Translations under genes and position numbers: made by a program
Notes under the pieces: generated by a model
What the model saw: only the letters and a program-made list of their open reading frames with translations
Databases searched by the model: none
Told to the model about the DNA's origin: nothing
Part shown: one piece after another, positions 1-12,560 of the stretch
How positions within the stretch are numbered: position 1 is the first letter of the stretch
Layout of the letters: each line of letters starts with the position of its first letter
Assembly: GCA_964106645.2 (NCBI GenBank)
Contig: OZ067046.1
Length of the DNA stretch: 64,000 nt
DNA from: Podarcis pityusensis
Taxonomy: Eukaryota
Strand: one strand, 5' to 3'

Positions 1-388
1 GGTAGCAAGCCCCAATGAAAACAACGAGAGTTAATGAATAGCTTTAAATATGCTTAGGCTCCTGCTTGCAGTCAATGGGTAGTAAGTCCCATTGAATCTA
101 ATGCATTTACGCCCCAAGAAGCGTGGAGAGGATTGCAAAACAGGTGGCAAAGCGACACCTGAAGGCTGGCTTTCTGGCGCTCTGCGCTTTGATGCAAATA
201 CGTGCCTGAACTTATTACTCCCAAGGAGGGCTGGCAAGAGCCCTAAAGCCTGATCTGCTGCATGTTTTCTCAGAAGTGTTTAGTGGGGCTTAGGAGGAAA
301 GCTGGATTGACGTCAGACTGCCTTTTGAGGCTACATGCGGTAGATCAACCAACTAGATAGTAGTGGTTTGCACACTTACCAGGGAGTA

Positions 389-808
389 GTGATGTATAGA
401 AGTGAGAGCTGGACCATAAAGAAGGCTTATCGCTGAAGAATTGATGTTTTTGAATTATGGTGCTGGAGGAGACTCTTGAGAGTCCCATGGACTGCAAGAA
501 GATCAAACCTATCCATTCTGAAGGAGATCAGCCCTGAGTGCTCACTGGAAGGACAGATCCTGAAGCTGAGGCTCCAATACTTTGGCTACCTCATGAGAAG
601 AGAAGACTCCCTGGAAAAGACCCTGATGCTGGGAAAGACTGAGGGCACAAAGGAGAAGGGGACGACAGAGGACGAGATGGTTGGAGAGTGTTCTCGAAGC
701 TACCAACATGAGTTTGACCAAACTGCGGGAGGCAGTGGAAGACAGGAGTGCCTGGCGTGCTCTGGTGCATGGGGTCACGAAGAGCCGGACACGACTAAAC
801 AACAACAA
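389..808 (+). mobile_element. Bov-B (RTE clade) LINE, 5'-truncated 3' fragment
   Basis: Translation RVPWTARRSNLSILKEISPECSLEGQILKLRLQYFGYLMRREDSLEKTLMLGK is the typical Bov-B ORF C-terminus; ends in a (CAA)n tail at ~797-808. Confidence 0.9.
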
Positions 809-3168
809 GCGCCTTTAAGTCAGTGGAAGCTATTCCTGGGCAGTCGCGCACAGATTCAGTCTCTGCGTTTCCAGCGGCCTCACTGGGGATGGAGTTGGTG
901 GGATGGTGAGATTTGTAGTCCAACAACTTCCTGAGAGCCGCAGGGTTCCCCATTCCATTAGTTTTAAGTGCTACTTCATAATATGTTCAGCCAGCCCTGC
1001 TGTGTTTGGGGCCCCACGTGCTCATTCTGCGGAATGGAACCCTAGACCTCGTATTCAGTAGACCTTTAAAGTACATTCCAAGCACATCCCTCCTGCAAAT
1101 AATTATGGGAAGTGTAGTTTACCCCTCACAGACCTTCAGTGCCCAATACCCTTAGCAAACTACAGTACCCAGAATTCTTGGGAGGGAGGGGGAAGAATGT
1201 ACTTCGAATGTGCATTAAACAACCGTCTTGCTTGAAAATGAATAGGCTCAATGTTAAAAACCACTTCCAAAACATTTCTGCTTTAGTTAGAATACATTTT
1301 GGTTCGTATTTCTTAATATTTGAGCAGCTTGGAGTACCGTGAAGCGAACTCTTCCACACATAGGAGCCAACTGCTAGTGTCCGAGGGCCCTTCAACCCCA
1401 CCCCAATAAAGTATTTGAGGGGGCAGACCCTCCCCCCAACAAAGTTGATGGGCATTACCATTCAAATGGTGTGTGCGGCCGTGTCTTGTGATCGATTATG
1501 TGGGGCGGGGCTGATCTGTCCCCCCACAAAAATATTCATTCAACTTAGCACCCCTGCCAGCATATAAATCACCCTGTTTAAATTAACCTTTCGGATTACC
1601 GGCTAGATTTCTAAAACAAAACAAAAAAAACAAACCAGCGTAGTTGTGTCAACTCAGATCTGAGACCCACTGAGATCAATTGGGCTTTCTATTAGGTGAC
1701 TGTGTATCGGATTGCCGTGTTAATGGATAGAATATAAACGCTGGAAAATTCCACCAGGGAGTCCTACCTTTTAAGTTAAACCTTCCCCGCCCACTAAGAT
1801 CATAAACTTCCCTCTCGGCTAGTACAAACCACAGAAACGTGCTCCGATCGATAAACCCACCCTGGGTTTCACGCCAATACAAAGCTTCCCCCAACTCATT
1901 TCACACTCCGATGCGTAAGTTCCGCTCGGCCAAGTGTTAACACCCCCCGCCCCCCAACACGCTCTGCCTCATCGATTGAAAAGTGAGACACCACTTTAAA
2001 AACGAAAAAGGAATCCATCCTTTAGGTGCCGTTGCGGTCCGCAGTGAGAGAAGGCGCACACAAGCACTCTGAATGAGTGGCGAAGTTTGGGGGCCGCAAG
2101 TCTACGCACCCTTATGTAGGAGTAAGCTCCGTCGAACTCCTTGGGAAATATTTATGGGTAGTCAAGTATAAGACTGCACTGTTCGCGTCAATCTGGAATC
2201 CCCGATCCTATATGCACGCTTACTCGTGTAAGTGGAAGGAGGGAAAGTACCACCTGTGATGTCACAGTAGTTGGGATAGTGTTGTCTCTCGGGGCGCCAT
2301 TGGCCCATTCTCTGCATATCGGATGGATGCGCTTTTCTCAGAGAGTCATCCACCAAATAGGTTAAGCAGAGGAAGAGGGAGATCATGGGAGGTTAAGGGT
2401 TAAGCTGTCGCTCTTATTTGGGGGGGGGGGTCGTCATTTCATGATGACCAAGCAATGTCACTAAAGTAACGAGCAAGCCTTTGAGTCACCCGGAACTCTT
2501 AATCAGGCAAGCGGGGTGGAGTGGGGAGAACCTAGGAACGTACGAAGAGCCTGGTGGATCAGGGCAATGGTCCAGCAAGTCCAGCATCTGGTTCTCACAG
2601 TGGCCACCCAGTTGCTCTCAAACAGGATCCGGAGCACAATAGCGCTCTTCCTTCCTGTGGTTTCCAGCAACTGGTATTCAGAAACATGGCTGCCTCTCTG
2701 ACCCCGGAGCATGACCACCGTGGCTCGTAACCGTGGCTAGCAGCCTCACCCTCCATGAAATTTCCCAATCCTCCTTGAAAGTCATCTAAGTTGCTGGTCA
2801 TCTCTGCATCTTGTGGCAGCGAGTTCCACATGCGATGCGTGAGGAGGTACTTTTTTTCATCATGCAACGTTCAGCTGCATCAGATCACGTGCCTGAGTTC
2901 GGGGAGAGGGAGGGGAAACTGTCTCCATCCGCTTTCTCCGTGACGTGTAGAATTTGATACACTTCTATCCAGGCACTTCTCACTCGGCTTTTCTCTGAAC
3001 CAAACAAGCCTTAGAGGGGTTCGCTTTCCAAGCAAGTGTGCAGCGTCATAAAGACCATAAGAAACTGACTTATACCGAGTCCGACCATTAGGCCACCTAG
3101 CCAGCGTTGTCTGCACTGACTGGCAGAGGCTCTCCAGGCAAAGGGTCTTTCCCAATGCTGCCTATAGG

Positions 3169-3319
3169 CATGGGCGTGGCCAGGTGTGGAGGCAGCTGCC
3201 CCCCCATCGAGTAAATAAATAAAATACTTAACTAACTGACCAACTGCATCACAGATATTTCGGTTCTCCCGCCCCCATAAAACCTGCCCCCACTACAATA
3301 AATCCTGGCTACGCTCATG
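3169..3319. mobile_element. hAT-like non-autonomous DNA transposon (MITE)
   Basis: TIRs CATGGGCGTGGCCAGG / CCTGGCTACGCTCATG; near-identical 8-bp TSD CCTATAGG/CCTGTAGG. Related copy at 39857-39997. Confidence 0.7.
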
Positions 3320-3944
3320 CCTGTAGGTGCCTAGAATCGAACCTATGATTTTCCGCATGCGAAGCACATGCCCGACCATTGAGCTATTTGGTCCTTCCCT
3401 CGAGGAAGCCTTTTCTAATTTCAAGCCCCAAAACTAATCCAAACCAAAACCCAGCAAAACCTTCAATATCCCGTGCGTAATTTACTGGAGAGCCTAACTG
3501 AGCTCGGCGAGACTTCTGAGTATTTTGGCATTAAGTTTCAAATCAAAAAGAATAGAAATGCAATGATTTCGGACTGCGCTTAAAGTTTTGGTTTTATTAT
3601 TAATATTTGTATTTGTATTAATATCGCCATAATCTTTAAGCACACCGACGCTGCAGTTTCTTACTTGGGAGTAAATTGCATCTAAAAAGAATGGGACTTC
3701 TTTTGAGAAAACACGACCAGGACTGTAAATCCCACTGACGACTCCGGAGAGGAGAGCGAAACGCGCGCTCTGTCTCCCCACCTACGGAGGAGAACTTCGC
3801 CCGCATCGCGGCGCGGTAACTTTCTTTCTAAAGCTCTCCGCCCCCGCCCCGGCGGGGTCCTTGGAGGCGCTTCCCAACCCCAAACCCCATTGATTTCCAA
3901 GGAGCTGCTTCCCAGCTGATGTATTTGGGAGGAGGTGCCAATGA

Positions 3945-4430
3945 CTTATTAAAGCCACACCGTGCCCTCGCCTTTGTTTCGCTCCGAGGCGCTATTAAGC
4001 ATGCTTGGCGCGGGCGCATAACTGATTCCTTTGCGCCCAGTCTCTTGGATACTTGGGGGCTGACTTGGGAAGGTAGAAGCTAATTGCTAATAATGGAGAG
4101 AAAGGAACCAGCCAGCATCGCGGGAGTGGCCCGGCATATGGCGAATGAACGGCCTCCAACGCTCAATATTCACGTTTCCAAAATATTAATGAGATTAGAG
4201 CAACCTGCAGCTACGCGCTACAGCTTGTAAATGGGGGAACAAGCGGGGGGCAGGGGGAGGAGAGGGGGGTGACAAAGGGTTGTTATGCAAAGGCCGGAAC
4301 AGAACCTCAGAGTGGAAAATGTGTGTTGGTTTTCCCTTACACCCAGTGCCCGTTTAAAGATATAATTAAGAGAATTAAATGTAATGAACTCCCCCGCTCC
4401 CGCAACCAGGGAGCGATGCATCTTTGCAAC
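3945..4430 (-). promoter_or_regulatory. ATOH1 3' enhancer A orthologue
   Basis: The minus strand reads TTTGCATAACAA...AGCTGCAGGTTGCTCTAATCTCATTAATATTTTGGAAAC...CTGGTTCCTTTCTCTCCATTATTAGCAATTAGCTTCTACCTTCC...GCATGCTTAATA...AAACAAAG. These blocks match the mouse/human Atoh1 enhancer A as I recall it, in the correct orientation and 3' of ATOH1. A Sox-type site is at 3972-3979. Confidence 0.85.
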
Positions 4431-5532
4431 AATTCCGTGAGGTCCGTAAGGCTGACAGGTTCCAAGTAACTCAGCGAGCCTGACGTGCGTGCTCTTCAGC
4501 TAAGCCTTTACTCAGAGTAGACCCATTGAAAGTAACAGACATGACTAAGCTAGGGTCATTCTTATATATGGGCAGGGTTTGCTATGAGAAAGACCTCGTT
4601 GACGACCAGCCGATATGATCCTAGATCCTGCGATCCTAAATTATGATCCTAGCCTCATAACTTTATTTTGTTATTTCTTTATTTATTCCACTTATATCCC
4701 ACTCCCCCACCCCGCCCTCCATGGAGGTCAAGATAACCTATATGGTTCTCCCCTTCCTTATTTACACCCCACGAGAGGCAGTCACTCACTGGCCGGGGTC
4801 ACCTTCATGGCTGAGTGGGAATTTGCAGCCAGGTCTCCCAGATGCTAGTCCAATGCTCTAACCACTGCACCACACTCAGTTCGCGAGTATTTGTTCAGTG
4901 CTGTCGAGCGCAAACTGAGTAGCGGGTTGGGAACCAGGACAAAGACCTTTCCGAGTCCAAGCTTAAAATGCTCTTGCTCCAATGGAAGCAAAGCCCCTTT
5001 TAAGGACCTTGCGCCTTTATCCTTGCAATCCTGAGGGCTTCTACCCTTATTAAAAAAAAATTAAAACCCCCGTAAAGCTTACTTCGGGAAAAGTATGCAT
5101 TGGGCTTGTTTGGGGTGGGGTGGGGTATTTGTTTGTTTGCTTGTTTTAAACCTAACCTTCCTCCTGAGACAAAAATCACTGGGAATCACAATATTTAAAA
5201 AATGCAGATCTATCCAAGCTACATGACTGGGTTTACCGGACTGCCAGACTTAAAGCAGGGGCCATTTCAGTACAGCTAAGGCTGCGATCCTAGACACACT
5301 TGACGTGTCAGTAAAACCAACGAGATAAAACGGAGCTTTCCACTGAGTCAATATGAACTTTCTAGTGAAGGATTTGTGTGCTTAAGGCTCTCATTGAAAT
5401 AAACGTGAGTTAGAATGATTTAATTGATATTAGGGTCATCTGTCTCCCTCATTCCCAACGCTAGAGGATGCTTGGGAAAGTTCCAAGTGAGATCCACTTT
5501 TGGATTTTGTTGCTTTTAAAAGCACCGCTATA

Positions 5533-5880
5533 GATTTCAATGGGCTTACAGAGCCCGATCCTATGGACGTCTACTCAGAAACAAGTCCTACTGAGTCCAA
5601 AGGGATTTGCATCCTGAGCCTATGCCTGTCTACTCAGAAGCAAGTCCTATTGAGAGTAACTGAGTTCAAAGATATTTGCAGCCCGATCCTAGGCATGTTC
5701 ACTCAGAAGTAAATTCTAAGGAATTGACAGTCCGATCCCAGGCATGCTTACTCAAAAGTAAATTCAAAGGGATTTGCAGCCCGATCGTACCTATACAAGG
5801 CTTACTCAGAAGTAAGTCCCGTCCCCCGGGTTCCATGACATGCACACCCGCTGCCAAGCGTGCCTAGGATCTCAGCCTGT
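5533..5880 (+). repeat. Degenerate tandem array (~5 units, ~50-70 bp) of a MITE-like half element
   Basis: Repeated unit approximately GAGTTCAAAGGGATTTGCAGCCCGATCCTATGCATGT.TACTCAGAAGTAAGTCC. Confidence 0.75.
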
Positions 5881-5889
5881 GTTTAGACT

Positions 5890-6520
5890 CGGTGCAGCAG
5901 GTGTTTTGTCCGGGAGGCAAGCCCAGCCGGGCGACCTGGCGATCCTCGCTGAACTTTTCACCTTGCCCAGGGACTGTGTCACCCGCTCCGTCAACAACCC
6001 CCGGGAGCTGCCGGGCGATAGTGGCTTGCCGCTCACCGGCAGCAGCTCCGGGGTTCCAAGTAACCCGAAGATGGCCGATGTTTATCTCGGCCCCGGCGAA
6101 GGCGGCCGCGCGAAAGGTTATCAAGGGGGCAGGTGCTTTGTTACGCGGCGGGAAAGTGACACTCTCACCTGCTCGCTTCCTGCGCGGGCTGCCGCGGCCG
6201 CCTATCAGGACCAGGAGCCACGAGGCGAGCCCCCCAGGAGCTGCTCCGCTCCTTGTCCAGAGCTGCCGGCTCCCGGGTGGGGGGGGAGGCAGGAGAAACG
6301 AGCAGCCCGAGAAAGGAGAGACTGGCAGGCAGGCAGGCAGGCGAGGGAAGTGGACGGGAGGTACTGCGCAAAAGCTGCTGTCCTCTCCAGCGGGACTTCC
6401 TTCCGAGTACACCTGCGCTAGGGATTTGCGCTGAATCTCCTGCGGAAAACTCACGTGAGATTGGAGAGACCCGAATCTCTCCAAACCGAATCTGAGCAGA
6501 ACAATATTCACCACGCATGT
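5890..6520. promoter_or_regulatory. CpG-rich non-repeat island 3' of ATOH1 (candidate cis-regulatory element)
   Basis: High GC and CpG content; E-boxes CAGGTG (~6130), CACCTG (~6166, ~6410) and CACGTG (~6452); no repeat hallmarks. Confidence 0.5.
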
Positions 6521-9149
6521 GATTCCTAGCAACTGGCGTTCAGAGATATACTGCCTCAGACAGTGGAGATAGAATATACATTTTCTCTACCCACTTTCTA
6601 TGCCATGCGTAATTTTGTGCGCCTCTATCATGTCGCCTCTTACTCCTCTTCTTAAAGGAGAGCCTCTCCACCCCCTTTATCGCTCGGGTTGCCCTTTTCT
6701 GAACCTTTTGCAACAATAGCCTTTTTGAGTTGAGGCGACCAGAACTCTATAAGAGTATTCCAAGTTACAAGGGGCAAGTTGGGAGAGAAAAAGGGCTCTT
6801 GCCTTCATAGCCTGCTTGTGCGCTCCTTGGAAGCTTTTATTAGACCGCTGTTGGAAGAAGAGGGTTGGATAAATGCCCCCGCCCCCCCCCGCCCGCAGCT
6901 GTCATCCAGCAAGTCTCTCCTGTTGAGAAATTATACACCACCTTACTCAAGAATAAAGTCCAGTTTCAGAATAAAAACATTCATGGAAACAATATAAATA
7001 TACCCCTGGCTTAAAACAACAACAACATTTGCCCCTCGTGGGATTGTAATGGGTATCGGTGGAGAATGGGATCCCACAAACTACTGAAGGGGAAGTATTT
7101 TAGGGTACCTAGATGCTGAATTGGTTTAAGATAAATGCTCCATCGCTACTGGCGGCCCCTGAACCACTTCCTTGAGATTATTGCTAGATTCATGTCGGTA
7201 AGGAAAGTATGAAGTGTCTAGTACCAGGGTACGAAATGCTCCTAATAATATTTAACGTTTGTGTAGCGCTTTTAAACGTTCCAAGCGCTTCGCGAGCATG
7301 ATCGAGTTGCAATTATTACCACAACCCCGCAAGTATTATCACCACCACCATTTCCCATTGCAGCTGAGAGAAAGTGGTTTGCCTCTAGTCACCCAGTGAC
7401 ATAAGGGCAAAGGGACATCCCTTCGTGTGTGAGAGGCTATAAAACGACGTGTTATATAACGTGTTCTTAAGCGCTTACGTCCTTCTCTGTCCTGGAATTA
7501 CTTCCCTGTTTGCAGTTACGCAGAGTGCAGGAGGCTGTACTTTGCACACCCTCAGAGGCGCTCCTGCCTTAATAATTATTTCGAATGCTTCAGAACTGAA
7601 GTTCTGGCGCTGGAATCTGGTTAAGAGGCTTAGCCTTGCTTTGTGAGGCTCACGTTAAGCCTTCCCACAGCAGTCTCGACTAAGCGGGATCGGGCAACTA
7701 GTAAAGTTCTGGGGTGACCACGCTGCACCTCTGTTGGCTTAAGGCTTCCCAAAGAATCTCTTTTCAGTAACAAATTCGGAAGTTTAGGTTGAGGCTAGCT
7801 AGACAGGGAGCTGCATTGTCAAGTCCTCTTCCATAGCGTAGCCGGAAGAGTTAAGTCCAATCAGGTCTTGGAAAAATGTTCGCTCGAAGGGTATAGCCCG
7901 GGCTATATCTAAAGTTTAAATTACTTTGCTCCGGATTCCGGAGTTCAGCATACCTTCCTATCGGGACATAAGACGCTCAACGTGTTTATAGTTCGGGGCG
8001 TTCAATTTATTTTGCGATTCATATTTCGATAAATGTGGGAAGCAGGGCAGAGAGAACCAGCCAGGTATAGTTGCTTTGATCTTACTGGAGCGGAGGAAAG
8101 GCTAGCTATGAATGTAACAAGAACCAGTCATCTGCCATAATAAGCGCAGTTCGAATCCAAGTATTTCCCTCCCCTTCCCGAGCAAATGCATTCCCGTCTC
8201 CAAACATAACCCCAGTTGTCCGAAAAACTTTTTTCTTGGAAGTAAAGGAGCGAGCTCCCGTCTGCACGGTCATCAGCTGGTAAGTCGTCTATTGGAAAAG
8301 GTTCACGCGTTCTGCTGAGGCTCAGTGACTGATGAAACCAAGTGTTGAACAGGCCAATGAATCAGCCCAGTGGAATTTGTTTCCAAGCAAGTAAGGCTTC
8401 AATTCTACATCTACCTACTTGGGAACTCAGGGGGAACTTATGAGTATATGTGCATAGGACTCAGCTGTGCATAAATTGCTTACACTGCATATACCTAACT
8501 CTACTAGGTTAAAGTAAAAGAGCATCGTGAGAGTCAGCGAGGGCGAAACCAGTGGGATATAGAGGATTAATATGACTGGGGCTAAGGTCATCACCGGTTT
8601 GAACGCGACTGCTCCCGTTCAGCAGGTGCGTGAATTGTGAAGTAGTGATGTCATAGAACAATAGGGTTGCAAAACGGAGCTTCTCAATTTAATGAACTTT
8701 CACCTAGCAAGCAGGCCATTGGTCTGTCTAGCTCGATATTGTAGCTCAATATTGTCTGCACTAACCGGCAGCGGCTCTCAAACAGGGGGCATTCCCACCT
8801 TACCGGAAGATGCCAAGAGCTGAACCTAGGACAAAGTATGTGATCTGAAACTAATATATTACCCTTTCTCGATTACTCTGTAATGGACAATGTGATGGCA
8901 TTTCTGGAGTAGAGGGTGTGAGAAACCCCTTAATAAACGTGTTCCTGGAATGTCTGTATTTCAGACGGAGGCATTTGCGAGGAATTGCGCTGACCTCGTA
9001 TTATCATTACTTATTATTAATAGCGAACCATCGGTGCAGGCGCGCTTTATCATTTGACAAACGGAGGGATCCTGCGGAGGGGCAAATCATTCCCTGAAGC
9101 AAGAGACTTACCCCCACGTTATACCGTTCCAGTCATGATTCCTGTAAAG

Positions 9150-11534
9150 ACGCACCTCAACAAAAGTTGTTGCCTTTAAAACTTTTTTTATTTGTTCTTT
9201 CTCTCTCAAAAAAAAGTTACATAAACAATGGCAGCGGAATTTGTTAAAAAATAAACGGATCGTGTAAAAAGTCGTTTGGTTTAAAAAAAGATAAAACAGA
9301 ACCAGTAGCAAACATCCAGTAATAAATAAACAACCTGTCGCTAAAACATCACAAAAGCAAATGAAATGGACATAAATGTTTGACACGACAAACAAAAATG
9401 GTAGTTTCCCGCGTTCCCTTCCCCCCACCCCATGCTGTTTGCAAATGAGTTTAATAATGACGATTAGAGACATGGCTGAGTTCGACATTGGTATATTAAT
9501 CCAATTGGCAGTGAGTCGCTTTTCTTTTGGAGCCGCGTCTCTCAGTCTCCACTCCCGGCGGCTTATAAAGTGCTTGCGCCAAATCCCACCTACAGAAGAC
9601 GCCAACATTCGGTTTGGATGAACGTTGAGGAAAAGCTAAGCAGGATACAAACAAAAAACCGCTCCCCCTATTTACAGCCCGGGAAGAAAGGGATACCCAC
9701 GAACGCTGCCCTCTCCACCGGTCCTCCTCGTTTGCGCTCAGAATTTGTACAGCGACTCTGTATTCGGGATGCTTTGCAAGCGGCCAGGTTGCAAGGAAAG
9801 GCACTTGCCTTTTCGCTAGCAAAAGCCAAACACCCCTTGGGCTGACGGGGACACCGGGGCGGATGGCTAGAAGGCAGGTCCGCCTAGGGACCCCTCGCTC
9901 CGGAGGAATTGATCCTAAGCGAACTCTATTGGAAGGAAGGCTGCAGTCATGAGCGCCCAAGAGCCCCACTGAACACGCTGGGGGACTGCTTATGTAACTA
10001 AGCGCGGAAGTAGATTGATTTACATCAAGGGGGATTCCTTGCAAGTACATGTAGCGAGGACAAAACAGCCCTGCGTTTGGGAAGGCGGAGGAGCGCACAC
10101 CAAGTCGGTGGGCCCAAAAGAACCGACAACCAAACTCAGACCACTAGTATAATCACAATCTTCAGGCTCCCCAGGGAAGCTTGTGGGACGGATGCAGCGA
10201 GGACTACAACCTCGAAACTCTGCCCAATTCTATCAGCTGAAGTCACTTCAAAGCGAAAGGCTAATTTGCCGTCTAGTTCAGATGAAGGGTTGCAATGAAA
10301 CTGAATGGAGCCTTGTTGATTGTTGTTGAGTCACAAGCACACTTCGTAGCAGTATTAAAAAGAACAATTAACATGTACTTCCGAGCAATTGTGCTTAGAA
10401 TGAAGCTGAATGAGATCTATATCCAAACGTCAAAGGACAGAGTTCTCGCAGCTCCGACCCTAAATGCATTTACCTGGGATTGTTCAGTTGATCTCAGTTA
10501 ATATACTTCCACGAAACGATGGTTAGGCTTTCAAATGGGACAGCTCATTCCTCTGCATTACTACTGAGAAATAAGCCCCGCTGAGCTCATTTTGGGTTAC
10601 TCTCAGGCAAGTTGCTGTAACTGTAATGTCTACTTGGAAGTAAGCGTCGTTGAGGTCAACGAGCTTTACTTCCAGGTACAGTGGTACCTCGGGTTAAGAA
10701 CTTAATTCGTTCTGGAGGTCCGTTCTTAACCTGAAACTGTTCTTAACCTGAGGTACCACTTTAAGCTAATGGGGCCTCCCGCTGCCACCGCGCGATTTCT
10801 GTTCTCCTGAAGCAAAGTTCTTAACCCGAGGTACTATTTCTGGGTGACGTGAATATCATCTGGAGACCGAAACTTACTAGGGAGCGATCACAAGTGAACG
10901 CTTTGGAGTTTACATCCGAGGAACCCTGAGGAGCTGTCCCAAAAAGCAGTGCTTAATTTAGGAAGGGTACAGTCCATTGTCCCAGAATCTGTAATCCGGA
11001 ATCTGTTTTACTCTCTCTGGTGAAGTATATGCAACTGATTCCAGCAGGGAAGGGGAAGCCAAATTTTAAAACTAGAAAAACAAACCAGGTTACATTCAGT
11101 CGGCTTCTAGAAAATTGCTTAAAAGCTAAGATTCGAAGCACAGTTGCTTGGAAGAAAGCCCCCTTTGCTTGCTTGCGAGAACAGCAACCACAGTGCTTTA
11201 CGAATAGAGTTCAAGAGAAATCATGGTTCAAAAGCTTTCCCTACCGTTCTAGACCTGCGCAGGGTAAATGGCTACTTCTAGAAAGAGAAGTTAAGGAGAG
11301 TTCCCCCCGCAGGTTTCCAAAGCTTTCTAAGGCTGGCGAGGTGAGTCCATCAGAGCCTGCGACACGCGTCTGTTTGCCCCCACATGCCCAGGATCCTGCC
11401 CTGTTCACGCCAGCAACGTCTTTCACAAGCAGTCTGACGAGCAGTCCTCCCCCCGCATCCCCGGTCAGCCTCAGGGTCGGCTTGACTGGCAGCCGCCGAT
11501 CTCACCTATCCCTCCCTGCCCGACTGACGCGCGC
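9150..11534 (-). other. ATOH1: Putative ATOH1 3' UTR with polyadenylation signal
   Basis: Follows the stop codon; U-rich terminal block at 9150-9600 with minus-strand AATAAA at ~9187-9192. The actual 3' end is not proven. Confidence 0.45.
10679..10845. mobile_element. Tc1/mariner (pogo/Tigger-like) MITE, truncated
   Basis: TA + CAGTGGTACCTCGGGTTAAG left TIR; internal sequence nearly identical to the copy at 15213; right TIR missing. Confidence 0.8.
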
Positions 11535-12560
11535 CTAGCTGGCCTCGTCAGAGTCACTGTAATGGGATCGGGGCGAGAACTCCCCATCGCTGCGATGGGC
11601 CGGCGGCGAGGGTTTCCTCCGCTCCTGCTGGGGCTGGCCCGACGGCGGCAGGAGCTGCGCCGGCGAGGGGGCTTTCTGCCCCAACTCCGTGAACGAGGGG
11701 AAATGCAGCGGGTCCAGTTGCACCGAGAAGCCTCCTCCTCCTGCCCCGCCCCCAGCCGGCTGCTCTTGGGGAAAACGCGTCCGGCAGTGTCCCGAGGCCT
11801 GGGACCTTGGCTGTTGCTGCAGAGCGCCCCCTACAGGCGGGGTGCAGGGCGCGCGCTCGTAAGTCTGGCTGGCGGGGGCGCCGTCGGCTGGAGGTGGGCT
11901 GTGTAGCAGCTCGGCCAGCGCGCTGATGTAGATCTGCGCCATCTGCAGCGTCTCGTACTTGGAGAGCTTCTTGTCGTTGTTGAAGGAGGGGATGACATTG
12001 CGCAGCTGGTCGAAGGCGTGGTTCAGCCCGTGCATCCGCCGCCGCTCGCGGGCGTTGGCCGCCAGGCGCCTCTGCTTCTGCACGCCGCTCACCTGAGGGC
12101 CTTGGCGGAGCAGACCCCCGCCGCCGACGGGGCAGGGCGCGCGGGGCCGCGTCGCCTGCGCGTCGCTAGGGGTGCCGCCTGCCTGGTGGTGGTGATGGTG
12201 GCGGCGATGGTGCTCCTGCAGCGCGCACAGCTTCCCCGACCCGCCGCTCCGGCTCCGGCTGCCGCCGCCCAAGTGCTCGGTCGCGCCTGCCTCCAAGAGC
12301 TCCTCGTCGTCCTCGTCGTCGTCCTCCTCGTCTTCTTCCTCATCGTCCCCCTCAGCTGCTCCTGAGAGCAGGTACCTGGGCGACGAGGTGACCCGGCCTG
12401 GGCAGCAGATGCCCAGCCAGGCTGAGGAGAAGCCGCGACTTGCCGCCGTCGCCTCCTGTCCCAGCAGAAGGCTGTCTTCCAACGGCTGCTGCTGGGAGCC
12501 CAAATCCCTGCCGCCTTCGCCCCACTCGCTGGGCGCAGCCACGGCGCGCAGGTGGCTCAT
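11535..12560 (-). CDS. ATOH1: Atonal bHLH transcription factor 1 (single exon, 341 aa)
   Basis: b[64 protein letters not shown]; C-terminus [20 protein letters not shown]; intronless; downstream of GRID2 in the same orientation, as in mammals. Confidence 0.98.
   Translation of the reverse strand: MSHLRAVAAPSEWGEGGRDLGSQQQPLEDSLLLGQEATAASRGFSSAWLGICCPGRVTSSPRYLLSGAAEGDDEEEDEEDDDEDDEELLEAGATEHLGGGSRSRSGGSGKLCALQEHHRRHHHHHQAGGTPSDAQATRPRAPCPVGGGGLLRQGPQVSGVQKQRRLAANARERRRMHGLNHAFDQLRNVIPSFNNDKKLSKYETLQMAQIYISALAELLHSPPPADGAPASQTYERAPCTPPVGGALQQQPRSQASGHCRTRFPQEQPAGGGAGGGGFSVQLDPLHFPSFTELGQKAPSPAQLLPPSGQPQQERRKPSPPAHRSDGEFSPRSHYSDSDEAS

Noticed and set aside
5533-5880. Repeat-spacer-like periodicity suggesting a CRISPR array
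   Set aside because: Eukaryotic context, degenerate contiguous units without unique spacers, and no cas genes.
5840-6532. Overlapping 180-222 aa ORFs on both strands
   Set aside because: No recognisable domain; these are by-products of high GC content in a CpG island.
8264-8290. GCACGGTCATCAGCTGGTAAG, and CGGCCAAGTGTTAACACC at ~1928, resembling pieces of Atoh1 enhancer B
   Set aside because: Short, wrong orientation relative to ATOH1 and no flanking similarity; likely chance.
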